From a virus (lineage: Duplodnaviria; Caudoviricetes), in the IMG/VR virus record IMGVR_UViG_3300032274_000005, positions 1 through 51,305 of that record: 51,305 bases of DNA; one strand, given 5' to 3'. Within the stretch, counting starts at the first letter, position 1. The number at the start of each line of letters is the position of its first letter. Positions 1 through 8,290 of this stretch are shown here, one piece after another. Position numbers and translations under genes: made by a program. Under the pieces are notes generated by a model. That model searched no databases. It saw only the letters and a list, made by a program, of their open reading frames with translations, and was not told the DNA's origin.

Positions 1-97
1 ACCACGACCCCGGCCACCGGCCCCACCGTGGATGTCAACGAAGGCACCTCGACCTCGACCACGACCACGACCCCGGCCACCGGCCCCACCGTGGATG
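1..97. repeat. Terminal direct repeat (identical to 51209-51305); indicates a circular or circularly permuted complete genome
   Basis: Exact 97-bp identity between the two window ends; the ORF starting at 50750 continues in frame into 1..252. Confidence 0.9.
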
Positions 98-140
98 TCA
101 ACGAAGGCACCTCGACCTCGACCACGACCACGACCCCGGC
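1..140 (+). repeat. 63-bp tandem repeat encoding TTTPATGPTVDVNEGTSTSTT in the scaffold gene
   Basis: Two full 63-bp units plus a partial unit at 1-140; the same unit is at the window end. Confidence 0.9.
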
Positions 141-252
141 TCCGACCCTGGAGAACTACCAGCGGGCACGGGCCAAGGCAGGGGGCCGACTCCAGGGGGA
201 TGCCCTGAAAGCCCAGATGGAGAAGCTGCGTGCTGCCGGTGTGATTCAGTAG
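1..252 (+). CDS. C-terminal part of the capsid scaffolding protein (gene starts at 50750 and wraps)
   Basis: Same frame as the 50750 ORF across the overlap; lies directly upstream of the major capsid gene; basic helical C-terminus. Confidence 0.7.
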   Translation, partial: TTTPATGPTVDVNEGTSTSTTTTTPATGPTVDVNEGTSTSTTTTTPAPTLENYQRARAKAGGRLQGDALKAQMEKLRAAGVIQ

Positions 253-259
253 ACGTTTC

Positions 260-294
260 ACCGTGTTGCAACGCGCGTTGCAACACGGTAGAAT
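260..294 (+). promoter_or_regulatory. sigma70-type promoter TTGCAA-N17-TAGAAT overlapped by a perfect 30-bp palindrome (putative operator) upstream of the capsid gene
   Basis: ACCGTGTTGCAACGCGCGTTGCAACACGGT at 260-289 is its own reverse complement; -35 at 266-271, -10 at 289-294. Confidence 0.65.
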
Positions 295-406
295 GAAACT
301 GTCAAGTCAGCCCATCGGGAGCCCCACCGGCATCGGGGTACGGTCACCTCACCGGAACGAGGGAACGGGCACAACGCAACACCCCTTCCCTACACGGTGA
401 CTCCCG

Positions 407-1330
407 ATGGCAAACGAGATCACAACCTCCCTTCTGGGGACCAACGGCGGACTTGTCGCCTCGGTTCTCTCTGACCTGATGCTTCAGCAGGTGTATGACG
501 CAACGGCCCTCAGCGGCCTCGGCATGTTCATCCCGTGGACCCCCCAGGGCTCCGCAACGATGGACGTGACCCAGGACGCGATCCCCGGCCCGTTCACGGC
601 TGCAACGTCTGAGACGGACGGCAGCAACATCACCAACAGCGCGTACACCACTGCTGAGTTCTCGTTGGCCCCGTCGCTGTACTCGCGCAAGTACGAGATC
701 ACGGACCTCGTGCCCATCGCAGGCGGCAAGGTCGACATTGAGCGCATGGCTCAGAAGTTGGTGCAGGGCTTTGCTCTGACCAACACGGACCTCATCTGTG
801 GCCTCTTCGGTGGTGTCACGGCTGAGGTTGGGACCACCACCGTGGACCTCAACGTTGACACCATGTACGCGGCCCAGTACCAGCTCAACAACTCGGCTTC
901 GAGCGGCACCTACTACTGTGTGCTCTACCCTGAGCAGATGAACAACCTCCGGCACAGCATGCGTACCGAGCCCGGTGCCATGCAGTTCGACAAGATGACC
1001 GCTGAGATGCTGGCGACCCGAGGCCCCGGCTTCCAGGGCACGTGGAACGGCATCGAGTTCTACCAGAGTGACAGCGTGGCAACGGCCAACAGCGGCGCCG
1101 ACTCTGCCGGTGCCATGTTCACCCGTGGTGCGTTCGCCTGGACCGCAGCCGACCCCCGGATCGTCCAGGGCCACATCAATTCCGGTGACGTGATCTTCGC
1201 CAACCCGCTCGTGCTGCTGGAGCTGGACCGCGACAAGACCAACCGGCGCTCTGCCCTGGCTGCCCAGTCCTACCTGAGCTGGGTCATGGCTGAAGATGCC
1301 CGCGCCGTGAAGATCATCAGCGACCGCTGA
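407..1330 (+). CDS. Major capsid protein (HK97 fold)
   Basis: 307 aa; follows portal and scaffold; MANE start, 'YYCVLYPEQ..L' and 'G.WNGIEFYQS' capsid-like segments, C-terminal 'AVKIISD'. Confidence 0.8.
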   Translation: MANEITTSLLGTNGGLVASVLSDLMLQQVYDATALSGLGMFIPWTPQGSATMDVTQDAIPGPFTAATSETDGSNITNSAYTTAEFSLAPSLYSRKYEITDLVPIAGGKVDIERMAQKLVQGFALTNTDLICGLFGGVTAEVGTTTVDLNVDTMYAAQYQLNNSASSGTYYCVLYPEQMNNLRHSMRTEPGAMQFDKMTAEMLATRGPGFQGTWNGIEFYQSDSVATANSGADSAGAMFTRGAFAWTAADPRIVQGHINSGDVIFANPLVLLELDRDKTNRRSALAAQSYLSWVMAEDARAVKIISDR

Positions 1331-1379
1331 TCCTTCCCGGCCCTCATCCCCCTCACCCCTGCTGTCATTCGGAGGCAAC

Positions 1380-2141
1380 TTGCCAGCACAGAACATGATC
1401 ACCGTATCGGGAGCCCGACGCCGCGTGGAGTCACAGGTCAGAGAAGACCTGCTGCCCATCACGCCCAAGTCGAAGCCGACCCCGCCGTACTTCTTCGCAC
1501 ACTACCCGAACGGGTGGACCTTCATGGAGGGTCACGGCTTCGTGCCCACCCTGTGCAAGTACCCGGCCATCCCCGGCGTCAACGGGGCCACCCTCGACTC
1601 TTCTGGGAGGGTCAACCTCTCCAGGGTCAAGCAGGCTGTGGCATCGGGTGGGGGGACCGTGATCGATGCTCGTGACCCTCGACTCATCCGAGAGGGTGAG
1701 ACTGAGGAGGATGCCGAGTTCTTCGACTACGTGCGGTTCTACCCGATGGTAGGGGGTGCTCGGTTCTACATCGAACCGGGACAGGTGCCCACCATCACGG
1801 CTCGTGGCACGGTGATCTGGAACTCGAAAGAGGCCCACGCCGTCAACATCGAGTTCCGCAAGCACCTCGCTGCAAGCGGCATCATCCGGCCGATCCACAA
1901 CGTGGAGTACCTGCGCCTGGAGGATGAGGCACAGTCTCGGGTCGACCGGGCACGAGAGACAGCAGGCAACCGGCCTGAGCTGGCGTTCAAGGTCGAGGCC
2001 GCTGAGAAGCAGCTTGAGGCCATCCGAGCCGAGTGGGCACGGCTGACTGAGGCAGACGCCACGGCAGCCTCTACCACGGGCAGCGCAAAGCCCAGCCGCC
2101 GTCGCACCCTCAAGCCGAGCCGGGGGAAGCCCGATGCCTGA
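1380..2141 (+). CDS. Hypothetical protein in the head module
   Basis: 253-aa ORF with GGAGG RBS, directly after the capsid gene. Confidence 0.65.
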   Translation: MPAQNMITVSGARRRVESQVREDLLPITPKSKPTPPYFFAHYPNGWTFMEGHGFVPTLCKYPAIPGVNGATLDSSGRVNLSRVKQAVASGGGTVIDARDPRLIREGETEEDAEFFDYVRFYPMVGGARFYIEPGQVPTITARGTVIWNSKEAHAVNIEFRKHLAASGIIRPIHNVEYLRLEDEAQSRVDRARETAGNRPELAFKVEAAEKQLEAIRAEWARLTEADATAASTTGSAKPSRRRTLKPSRGKPDA

Positions 2142-2292
2142 GCCGAAGATCACTGCCACCGAAACCAAGGGCGCCCGTGCTGCCATCGACCGCATGACCA
2201 AGAGTCTTGTGGACAATGGACAGGACCACAAACGCGCCCGCCAAATCGCCCGAGAGCAGGCCATCAAGGCCGACCGGCGCAACAACCGATAG
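2134..2292 (+). CDS. Small basic hypothetical protein (52 aa, MPEPKITATETKGARAAIDRMTKSL...)
   Basis: ORF below the track cutoff that fills the gap between neighbouring genes. Confidence 0.55.
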   Translation: MPEPKITATETKGARAAIDRMTKSLVDNGQDHKRARQIAREQAIKADRRNNR

Positions 2293-2301
2293 GATCACAT
2301 C

Positions 2302-2649
2302 ATGGCCTTCTCTGGCAAAGCGGCCGAAGTTGTCGCACGAGCAATGCAGCACAAGGGGGCGTTTGCCTCTCTCACCCTCACCGGGGCCTACACCCTGGAG
2401 ATCTTGGACGGCCAGCGCTTCCGCATTGACCCCGGTGGTGGTTCCCGAGATGTCACCCTCTCGGCTGACTGGCAGGTGGACGGGATGTGCATTGAGATCG
2501 TCAACGCCGCCGATGCCGCTGAAGACCTCGTGATCAAAGATCCCGCTGCCTCTACCATTGTGACCATCTCTCAGAACGAGAAGGCGACCGTTGCCTACAA
2601 CGGTAGCGCCTGGGTCCACATGGGCATCATCACGATCGCGCTGTCCTGA
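2302..2649 (+). CDS. Virion structural protein (possible head decoration/fibre)
   Basis: 115 aa, beta-rich, 'RDVTL...IEIVNAAD...LVIKD...YNGSAWV' pattern; position in the head module. Confidence 0.5.
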   Translation: MAFSGKAAEVVARAMQHKGAFASLTLTGAYTLEILDGQRFRIDPGGGSRDVTLSADWQVDGMCIEIVNAADAAEDLVIKDPAASTIVTISQNEKATVAYNGSAWVHMGIITIALS

Positions 2650-3395
2650 TGAGCAGCGTTACGCCCTACTCCGTGCGCTGGCAGGGTCCGTCTGTGATCC
2701 CGCACAGTAGGGCGTGGGATGTGTCTGTGGAGGTGGAACACGGTAATGCCTCGCCTACCATCTCCGCAGGCACGTTCACTTTGTACACCCCGGATGGGAC
2801 GGCCCGTGTTGACGCGGAAGCCGCCACCATCTCCGGGGGCACCCTCTCGTATTCTCTGGCTGACTCTGTGCTGGCTGGCACAGACGTTGGCCCCCGGTGG
2901 CTGGTCAAGTTCGAGGCCACCATCGGGGGCTCCATTTTGCCCTTCTACAACGATGTTGTGGTGTGTCTTGCACCCCTCTACCCACCCGTTGGAGTCTCAG
3001 ACCTCCTCAGCGCCTATTCCAAGCTGGGTGATCTTCAGAGCACAGCGTCAGACCTTCAGACACACATCACGGATGCGTGGACGGCCCTCACACAACGCCT
3101 GTACTCGGATGCCGTTCCATTCTGGAAGATGCGCACACCGGGGGCGCTCCGTCCGTGGCTGATGGCCAAGGCCCTTGAGGGTGCCCTTGACGATCTCGCC
3201 TTGCTGCTCGGGGAAGACTCCCACTACGCAGCCGAGGCCCGGCGCCATGAGGCAGCCCTGGACCGTCACTACAAGTCGCTCCGATCCCTCATGGATGAGA
3301 CGGAGAACAACACGCCGTCCTCCACCCACGAGGCCGCATCCCCCACCGTCACCCTGTCCTCTTCACCTCGCCACCGCAGCAGGTGGAGACGATGA
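2649..3395 (+). CDS. Head-tail adaptor/connector with an N-terminal beta (Ig-like) domain
   Basis: Synteny; beta-rich N-half, helical C-half; TGATG coupling. Confidence 0.5.
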   Translation: MSSVTPYSVRWQGPSVIPHSRAWDVSVEVEHGNASPTISAGTFTLYTPDGTARVDAEAATISGGTLSYSLADSVLAGTDVGPRWLVKFEATIGGSILPFYNDVVVCLAPLYPPVGVSDLLSAYSKLGDLQSTASDLQTHITDAWTALTQRLYSDAVPFWKMRTPGALRPWLMAKALEGALDDLALLLGEDSHYAAEARRHEAALDRHYKSLRSLMDETENNTPSSTHEAASPTVTLSSSPRHRSRWRR

Positions 3396-3838
3396 CTCAG
3401 GGGCCAGTGGTCACACCGGTTGCCGGGTACACGGCGCTTGTGACCGCGCTGACAGCGCAGGGACTGACAAAGGCCACCTCCCACATGGGGGTGTCTCATC
3501 AGGGCTCCCCCAAGCTCAACCGCTCGTTTGCCGTCATGCCGATAGCAGGTGCTCTTGACGGGCCGGGCAGACGCAACGCAGGCCCACCGGGGCCACAGTA
3601 CAAGGCTCGGTATCGGGTCGAGCTGGGCCACACCCTCAAGCCGAAGGACGCGCAGGAAGACGCATACGTGACCGCCCTGACGGACACCCACCGGGCTCTG
3701 GCCGGGGTCACGGACGCGTTCAGCAACGCCTTTGATGTGTCCGACGTGCAGCACACCAAAGAGGCCAGCGGGCAATACCTCGTGACCACGTTCACGGTGG
3801 TTGTCTCGTTCCGCCTCGACCTCTCGGGGCCAGCGTGA
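3392..3838 (+). CDS. Putative tail terminator/completion protein
   Basis: About 148 aa, synteny, C-terminal alternating beta strand; ATGA overlap. Confidence 0.45.
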   Translation: MTQGPVVTPVAGYTALVTALTAQGLTKATSHMGVSHQGSPKLNRSFAVMPIAGALDGPGRRNAGPPGPQYKARYRVELGHTLKPKDAQEDAYVTALTDTHRALAGVTDAFSNAFDVSDVQHTKEASGQYLVTTFTVVVSFRLDLSGPA

Positions 3839-4257
3839 TTGATGCATTTGTCAGACTGGAATCTGTGGAGCGTCACCTCGTTCGGGTGACGGGCTCTGTA
3901 CGTGCCCTGCTGGCTGATGAGCGCCTGCTTCTGATTGAGGCCGCATCCCGAGCCGAGGGCATGATCCGCGACAACTGGCCTGTACGGACGGGCCTGAGCC
4001 GAGACAGTTGGGTTGTGTACGTTGAGGGCATCGGCCTCCGATTCGTCAACGACGTGGAGTATGCGCAGTACGTGCATTTCTCGGGTGAGGTCCACCTCGC
4101 ATGGTCCGAGGCGTTCAGCCTTGTGGATGAGTTCATCGTCGAGCCCCTCGTTCGTGCCCTCATGGCCCGCATCAGCAGCAACCACGCAGCCACGCAGCCC
4201 ACCGGCCTGGGTCGGCTCGGACGCTCCCCCGGCTCCATCTGGGGGGTGATCCAGTGA
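3835..4257 (+). CDS. HK97 gp10-like tail completion protein (copy 1)
   Basis: WPVRTGLSRDSW and NDVEYAQYVH motifs. Confidence 0.7.
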   Translation: MIDAFVRLESVERHLVRVTGSVRALLADERLLLIEAASRAEGMIRDNWPVRTGLSRDSWVVYVEGIGLRFVNDVEYAQYVHFSGEVHLAWSEAFSLVDEFIVEPLVRALMARISSNHAATQPTGLGRLGRSPGSIWGVIQ

Positions 4258-4616
4258 GCGTCAAGATTGAAGGGCTGGCGAAGTTCCGTCGCCGCATCCG
4301 TGGTGGGGTCAAGGTCGTCACGACGAAGCGCAGGCAGGCAGAGGGCCGGGCCGTCCGAGACTTTGCAAAGAAGATCAGCCCGGTCAAGACAGGGGCTTTC
4401 AAGAAAGGGTGGAGATTCACCACCACCGCAAAGGATGCCCCCCTTGTGGTCTTCAACAACGTCGAGTACGCCCGGTGGGTTCACCCCAAGCAAGACCCTC
4501 GGTTGATTCAGGAACGGGTGAGGGCCTACGCTGAGGAGCGTGCTCCGCAGTTTGCTGCGGACATTGCATCTCTGACCTCAAGCTACATCGCCCGATTCCG
4601 CTCCACCTCCGAATAA
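4254..4616 (+). CDS. HK97 gp10-like tail completion protein (copy 2)
   Basis: SPVKTGAFKKGW and NNVEYARWVH motifs; N-terminal 'MSVKIEGL'. Confidence 0.7.
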   Translation: MSVKIEGLAKFRRRIRGGVKVVTTKRRQAEGRAVRDFAKKISPVKTGAFKKGWRFTTTAKDAPLVVFNNVEYARWVHPKQDPRLIQERVRAYAEERAPQFAADIASLTSSYIARFRSTSE

Positions 4617-4625
4617 GGATCGATC

Positions 4626-5156
4626 ATGTCTACCTTCTCATTCTCATGGGGGATGCGGCTCAAGGCAACTGAGCTGCTGACAGCAACCTCAGCGTTCCGT
4701 GGTCCGGTGGACCTGACCATCCCTGAGTTGGCCGACTTCGCTGCGGACATCACCGACAACGGCACCAACCGGCTCAAGATCGCCGTTGACCGGCAGTCCG
4801 GCGTGGGTGCCAGCAACTCTCAGGACTACGATCTCATTGGGTCGCTCACCGACCTTGAGAGCACCACCCTCAACTTTGACTTGGTGTACTTCATCGGCCT
4901 CTACAACCTGAGCGCCACCTACGGCATCAGCATCGGCCCCAAGGCAAGCACCACGTGGGGTGTGGCCTCGTCTAACCAGGGCTTCTGGCTGGACGCCTCG
5001 GATCGGTCCTACGTGCCCCCGTCGTCGTTCCTGACGCTCTACAGTGCCAGTGGTGTGCCCGCCTCCGCAGGCTCGGACACATTCCAGGTCATCACGGACT
5101 CTGGCTCATCTGCCAACTCGTGGCACATCGTCATCGTTGGCCGCGACAACGCCTGA
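4626..5156 (+). CDS. Virion structural protein
   Basis: 176 aa, S/T/G-rich beta protein in the tail module. Confidence 0.55.
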   Translation: MSTFSFSWGMRLKATELLTATSAFRGPVDLTIPELADFAADITDNGTNRLKIAVDRQSGVGASNSQDYDLIGSLTDLESTTLNFDLVYFIGLYNLSATYGISIGPKASTTWGVASSNQGFWLDASDRSYVPPSSFLTLYSASGVPASAGSDTFQVITDSGSSANSWHIVIVGRDNA

Positions 5157-5186
5157 CCCTCACCCCCTACCTGAGAGGCCGCTGAC

Positions 5187-5744
5187 ATGGCTAACCCCTC
5201 CTACACGCCCAAGACGGGGCGTGACATCACCAACACCAACGGCTCTCTGTTGTTCTTCGACAACAGCGGCCCGGCCGGTGCCAACACCTTTCAGGCACGG
5301 GCCTACACCAACAGTGACCTGAGCGCGAACCTCGGGGCCAAGGCTGAGGCGATCCGTACCATCCTGCGTGGCAAGCAGATTTCCCGACGCAAGGGCAACA
5401 ACCCGCAGATCGAGATCACCTTCACCATCCCCCTGTTCCAGTTCACCAACGGCTCACAGGATGTGCTCTTGGACGTTCTTGACGGGACGGGCAACATCAA
5501 CGGCTCGTGGACGAAGCACACCTCCTCTTGTGAGGAGTGGAACACGGGCCTCCAGATCATCAAAGATGGTGTCACCCAAGGCGACAGTGACAACCACAAG
5601 ATCGTTCTGCCCGCAATGGTCTACGAATGGACCTGGGCCGAGAACGACAACGCTGAGGATGTGATCAGCGTCACGGCCACGTGTGAGGACTGGCACACCT
5701 TCGACACCGATACCGCCAACTTCGGCAAGTTCGGCCCGGCCTGA
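5187..5744 (+). CDS. Major tail (tube) protein
   Basis: 185 aa, directly upstream of chaperone and tape measure; 'EITFTI' and 'ISVTAT' strands. Confidence 0.6.
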   Translation: MANPSYTPKTGRDITNTNGSLLFFDNSGPAGANTFQARAYTNSDLSANLGAKAEAIRTILRGKQISRRKGNNPQIEITFTIPLFQFTNGSQDVLLDVLDGTGNINGSWTKHTSSCEEWNTGLQIIKDGVTQGDSDNHKIVLPAMVYEWTWAENDNAEDVISVTATCEDWHTFDTDTANFGKFGPA

Positions 5745-5783
5745 GCCCGGCCACCCTACCCCACCCCATGAACAGAGGCAGTC

Positions 5784-6221
5784 ATGGACCCGATCACCTT
5801 TACCCGCACCGATGGCTCCACCTTCTCTCTCACCCCACGGATGCCACGGTCCTACGCCGTCCGCAACGACCTGCTCTCAGCCTACAACGATGCCAGCACC
5901 CGTGGTGATGCTGCCAGGGTCAACCGCGTCCTGGCTGCCACCATCGGGGTCTGCGTGCAGGGTCGGTGCCCGCCCTCTGAGGAGGGTGTGGACGCTGCCC
6001 CGGTCATGCCCTCGTACGACATGCTCAACGCTGAGGTGATGCGGTACGGGGGCCGCGTCATTGAGACTCTGATGGGTGAGTGGGATGTGGTGCCCACGGC
6101 TGAGATGTACCGGACTGCGATCCGGTGGACAGTGGCCCTCTCAGAGTCGATGCCCCGCCTCAAGATCGTTGAGGAGGTCACAAATTTTACCTCAGCGAAC
6201 GAGGGTCTTGGGACTTCCTGA
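5784..6221 (+). CDS. Tail assembly chaperone (gpG-like)
   Basis: Between tail tube and tape measure; slippery heptamer near the 3' end. Confidence 0.7.
   Translation: MDPITFTRTDGSTFSLTPRMPRSYAVRNDLLSAYNDASTRGDAARVNRVLAATIGVCVQGRCPPSEEGVDAAPVMPSYDMLNAEVMRYGGRVIETLMGEWDVVPTAEMYRTAIRWTVALSESMPRLKIVEEVTNFTSANEGLGTS
6182..6188 (+). other. Programmed -1 ribosomal frameshift site A AAT TTT
   Basis: X XXY YYZ heptamer in the correct phase (ACA AAT TTT); the -1 frame is open to 6475. Confidence 0.75.
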
Positions 6222-6475
6222 TCCGAGACTGTGAGGCCCCACCCTCTCATGGGAGCATGGCAGACATGAGCCGTGACGAGGTTGAGCACATCATCGGACA
6301 CAGGAAGGCAGCCGTTCGCCGGGCTCGCAGTGGTGGCAGGGACACCAACCCCAATGCCACCGAGAATCTAAAGCCGAAGATGCCCGGCGCCAGCAAGGCA
6401 CAGATGCGTGCAGCCCTTCGGCGTAAGATGCAAGCCCAGGCGCCCACCTCACCCCACTTCACAAGGCCCGCCTGA
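6182..6475 (+). CDS. Tail assembly chaperone frameshift extension (gpT-like)
   Basis: -1 frame YLSERGSWDFLIRD...MADMSRDEVEHIIGH... ends at the tape-measure start. Confidence 0.7.
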   Translation, partial: KFYLSERGSWDFLIRDCEAPPSHGSMADMSRDEVEHIIGHRKAAVRRARSGGRDTNPNATENLKPKMPGASKAQMRAALRRKMQAQAPTSPHFTRPA

Positions 6476-8289
6476 TGCCCGAGTCCGATCCGATTGTCCT
6501 CCGGTGGGAGCAAGAGGGCCTGCCCCTCCTGCTGCGTGTCCTTGACCGTCTTGACAAGCACCTTGAGAAGATCGAGGACAGCACCGACGACGTTGACAAG
6601 TCAACGAAGAAGCTGACGAAGACTCAGAAGGGTCTTGCAACGCAGGTGCGCAAGAACAGCCGAGTGCTCACCGCCTTCGGTGATGCCCTCTCAGGGGCAG
6701 ACAGGAACACGGGTCGGTTTGTCCGCTCATCGGGCCGGATGATTGGGGCCTTTGCTCGCGTTGCCAGCGTGGGGGGTGGGGCCGGTGTCGCTGTGGCAGG
6801 AGTGGGCCTCGCTGCGGCTGCTGGCATTGGTGGTGTGACTGCATTCGGATCGGCTGTGCTGGATTCGGCACGGAATGCACACGAGCTGGCTGAGGAACTG
6901 AAGCCGTTCACAGATCAGGGCTTCTTTGACACCCTCTCGGATGGTGCTCAGGATGCCCGAGCGCTCAACGATGCCTTTGACGCTGCTACCGTGTCATTCA
7001 AGGGCGCCGGGCTGGCCCTGGCAAATGAGTTTGCCCCCGAGATGGAATCAGGGATCGTGCTGGCCACAGCCATCGGCCTTGCCATTGCTGACAGTGCAGA
7101 CGAGTTCAGAGACTTCACCGTCCGCATCATCGACAATGTGAACGCGGTCAAGACCTGGGTGAAAGAGAACCCGCTTGTACGGGCCGGCCTGATTGCCGTG
7201 ACCGGTGGTTTCTCCGAGGTGGCGATCGCTGCTGCCGACTTCACCACGGACTTGGACGACGGTGGGCACGTCCTTCGAGACTACATCAAAGAGGCCCGCG
7301 ATCTCATTGATGCCCAGAGTGGGGTCAACGCATCCCTGCGCACTGGCTCTGCCGAACTCCAGACGTACTCGGACATCCTGAGCCAGTTCTCAGACGAGGA
7401 CCGGATCGCAACGATTGCTCTCAATGCGCAGTCTGACACGCTCGACTCTCTCTCAATGGCGTTCCGCCGGAACACACTTGAGATTGATGCCCAGGTCCAA
7501 GCCCTTGAGGCTCTTGGGGTCAAGTACGAGGACAACGCCGCAGTACAGGCCCAGGTCCAGCAGGCCATTGATGAGGTCCAGCAGCGGGGGACACGAAACG
7601 TCCTCGCGTTGGTCAATGAAGAGAATCAGGCACGCATCGATGGTGTCCGCGCCTATGCAGCCGAAGTGGAAGCCGTTTACGGGTCGCTTGACGCTTACTT
7701 TGAGGCCCAGACGGCTGCCATCGTCGGTGGTGTCACACAGACCCTTGACGGTATCGCCTCTCTCTCTGGCACCTTCTCAAGCGTTCTCAGCGAGGACTCA
7801 GCCAAGGCCGCTGTTGCCCTCTTCAGGACACAGCAGGCAGCCGGCATTGCATCTGCCACCATCTCGGGGTTCGTGGCTGCCCAGAAGGCTCTTGCAGAAC
7901 TTGGGCCGATCGCAGGCCCGATTGCTGCTGTGGGCATCGGCGCCACCACAGCCGCCAACGTCGCTGCCATTGCAGCACAGCCACCCCCCAAGGTCGAGAC
8001 GGTCAACCACACGGGGGCCATGCCCGTTGCCCCCGGTGCTGGCCGGGCACCGGGGGAGCGGATTGCATCAATCCAGAACTCCGAGGCCGTCATCAACACG
8101 CAGGGCACCACGGCCCTACTCAAGGCCATCAACAGTGGCCTGATGGGTGGAGGCGGCGGGGTGGCCCGTGCCGTCGTTGGTCGTGGCTCCATCGATCGCG
8201 ACTTCTCCCGACGTGGCCCACAGTCTGCCACGTCCCGCGCACTGACACGCCAACGCAGGCGCGCATCCAAGGGCAACCCGAGGTACTGA
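6475..8289 (+). CDS. Tape measure protein
   Basis: 604 aa, Ala/Gly-rich and helical, with hydrophobic stretches; follows the frameshifted chaperone. Confidence 0.8.
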   Translation: MPESDPIVLRWEQEGLPLLLRVLDRLDKHLEKIEDSTDDVDKSTKKLTKTQKGLATQVRKNSRVLTAFGDALSGADRNTGRFVRSSGRMIGAFARVASVGGGAGVAVAGVGLAAAAGIGGVTAFGSAVLDSARNAHELAEELKPFTDQGFFDTLSDGAQDARALNDAFDAATVSFKGAGLALANEFAPEMESGIVLATAIGLAIADSADEFRDFTVRIIDNVNAVKTWVKENPLVRAGLIAVTGGFSEVAIAAADFTTDLDDGGHVLRDYIKEARDLIDAQSGVNASLRTGSAELQTYSDILSQFSDEDRIATIALNAQSDTLDSLSMAFRRNTLEIDAQVQALEALGVKYEDNAAVQAQVQQAIDEVQQRGTRNVLALVNEENQARIDGVRAYAAEVEAVYGSLDAYFEAQTAAIVGGVTQTLDGIASLSGTFSSVLSEDSAKAAVALFRTQQAAGIASATISGFVAAQKALAELGPIAGPIAAVGIGATTAANVAAIAAQPPPKVETVNHTGAMPVAPGAGRAPGERIASIQNSEAVINTQGTTALLKAINSGLMGGGGGVARAVVGRGSIDRDFSRRGPQSATSRALTRQRRRASKGNPRY

Positions 8290-8290
8290 C

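Noticed and set aside
1-140. 63-bp repeats as a CRISPR array
   Set aside because: Units are contiguous with no unique spacers, are in frame within a CDS, and there are no cas genes.
344-1468. 374-aa minus-strand ORF and the many similar antisense ORFs in the track
   Set aside because: Shadow ORFs of high-GC coding genes; no RBS or motifs, and they overlap well-supported genes.
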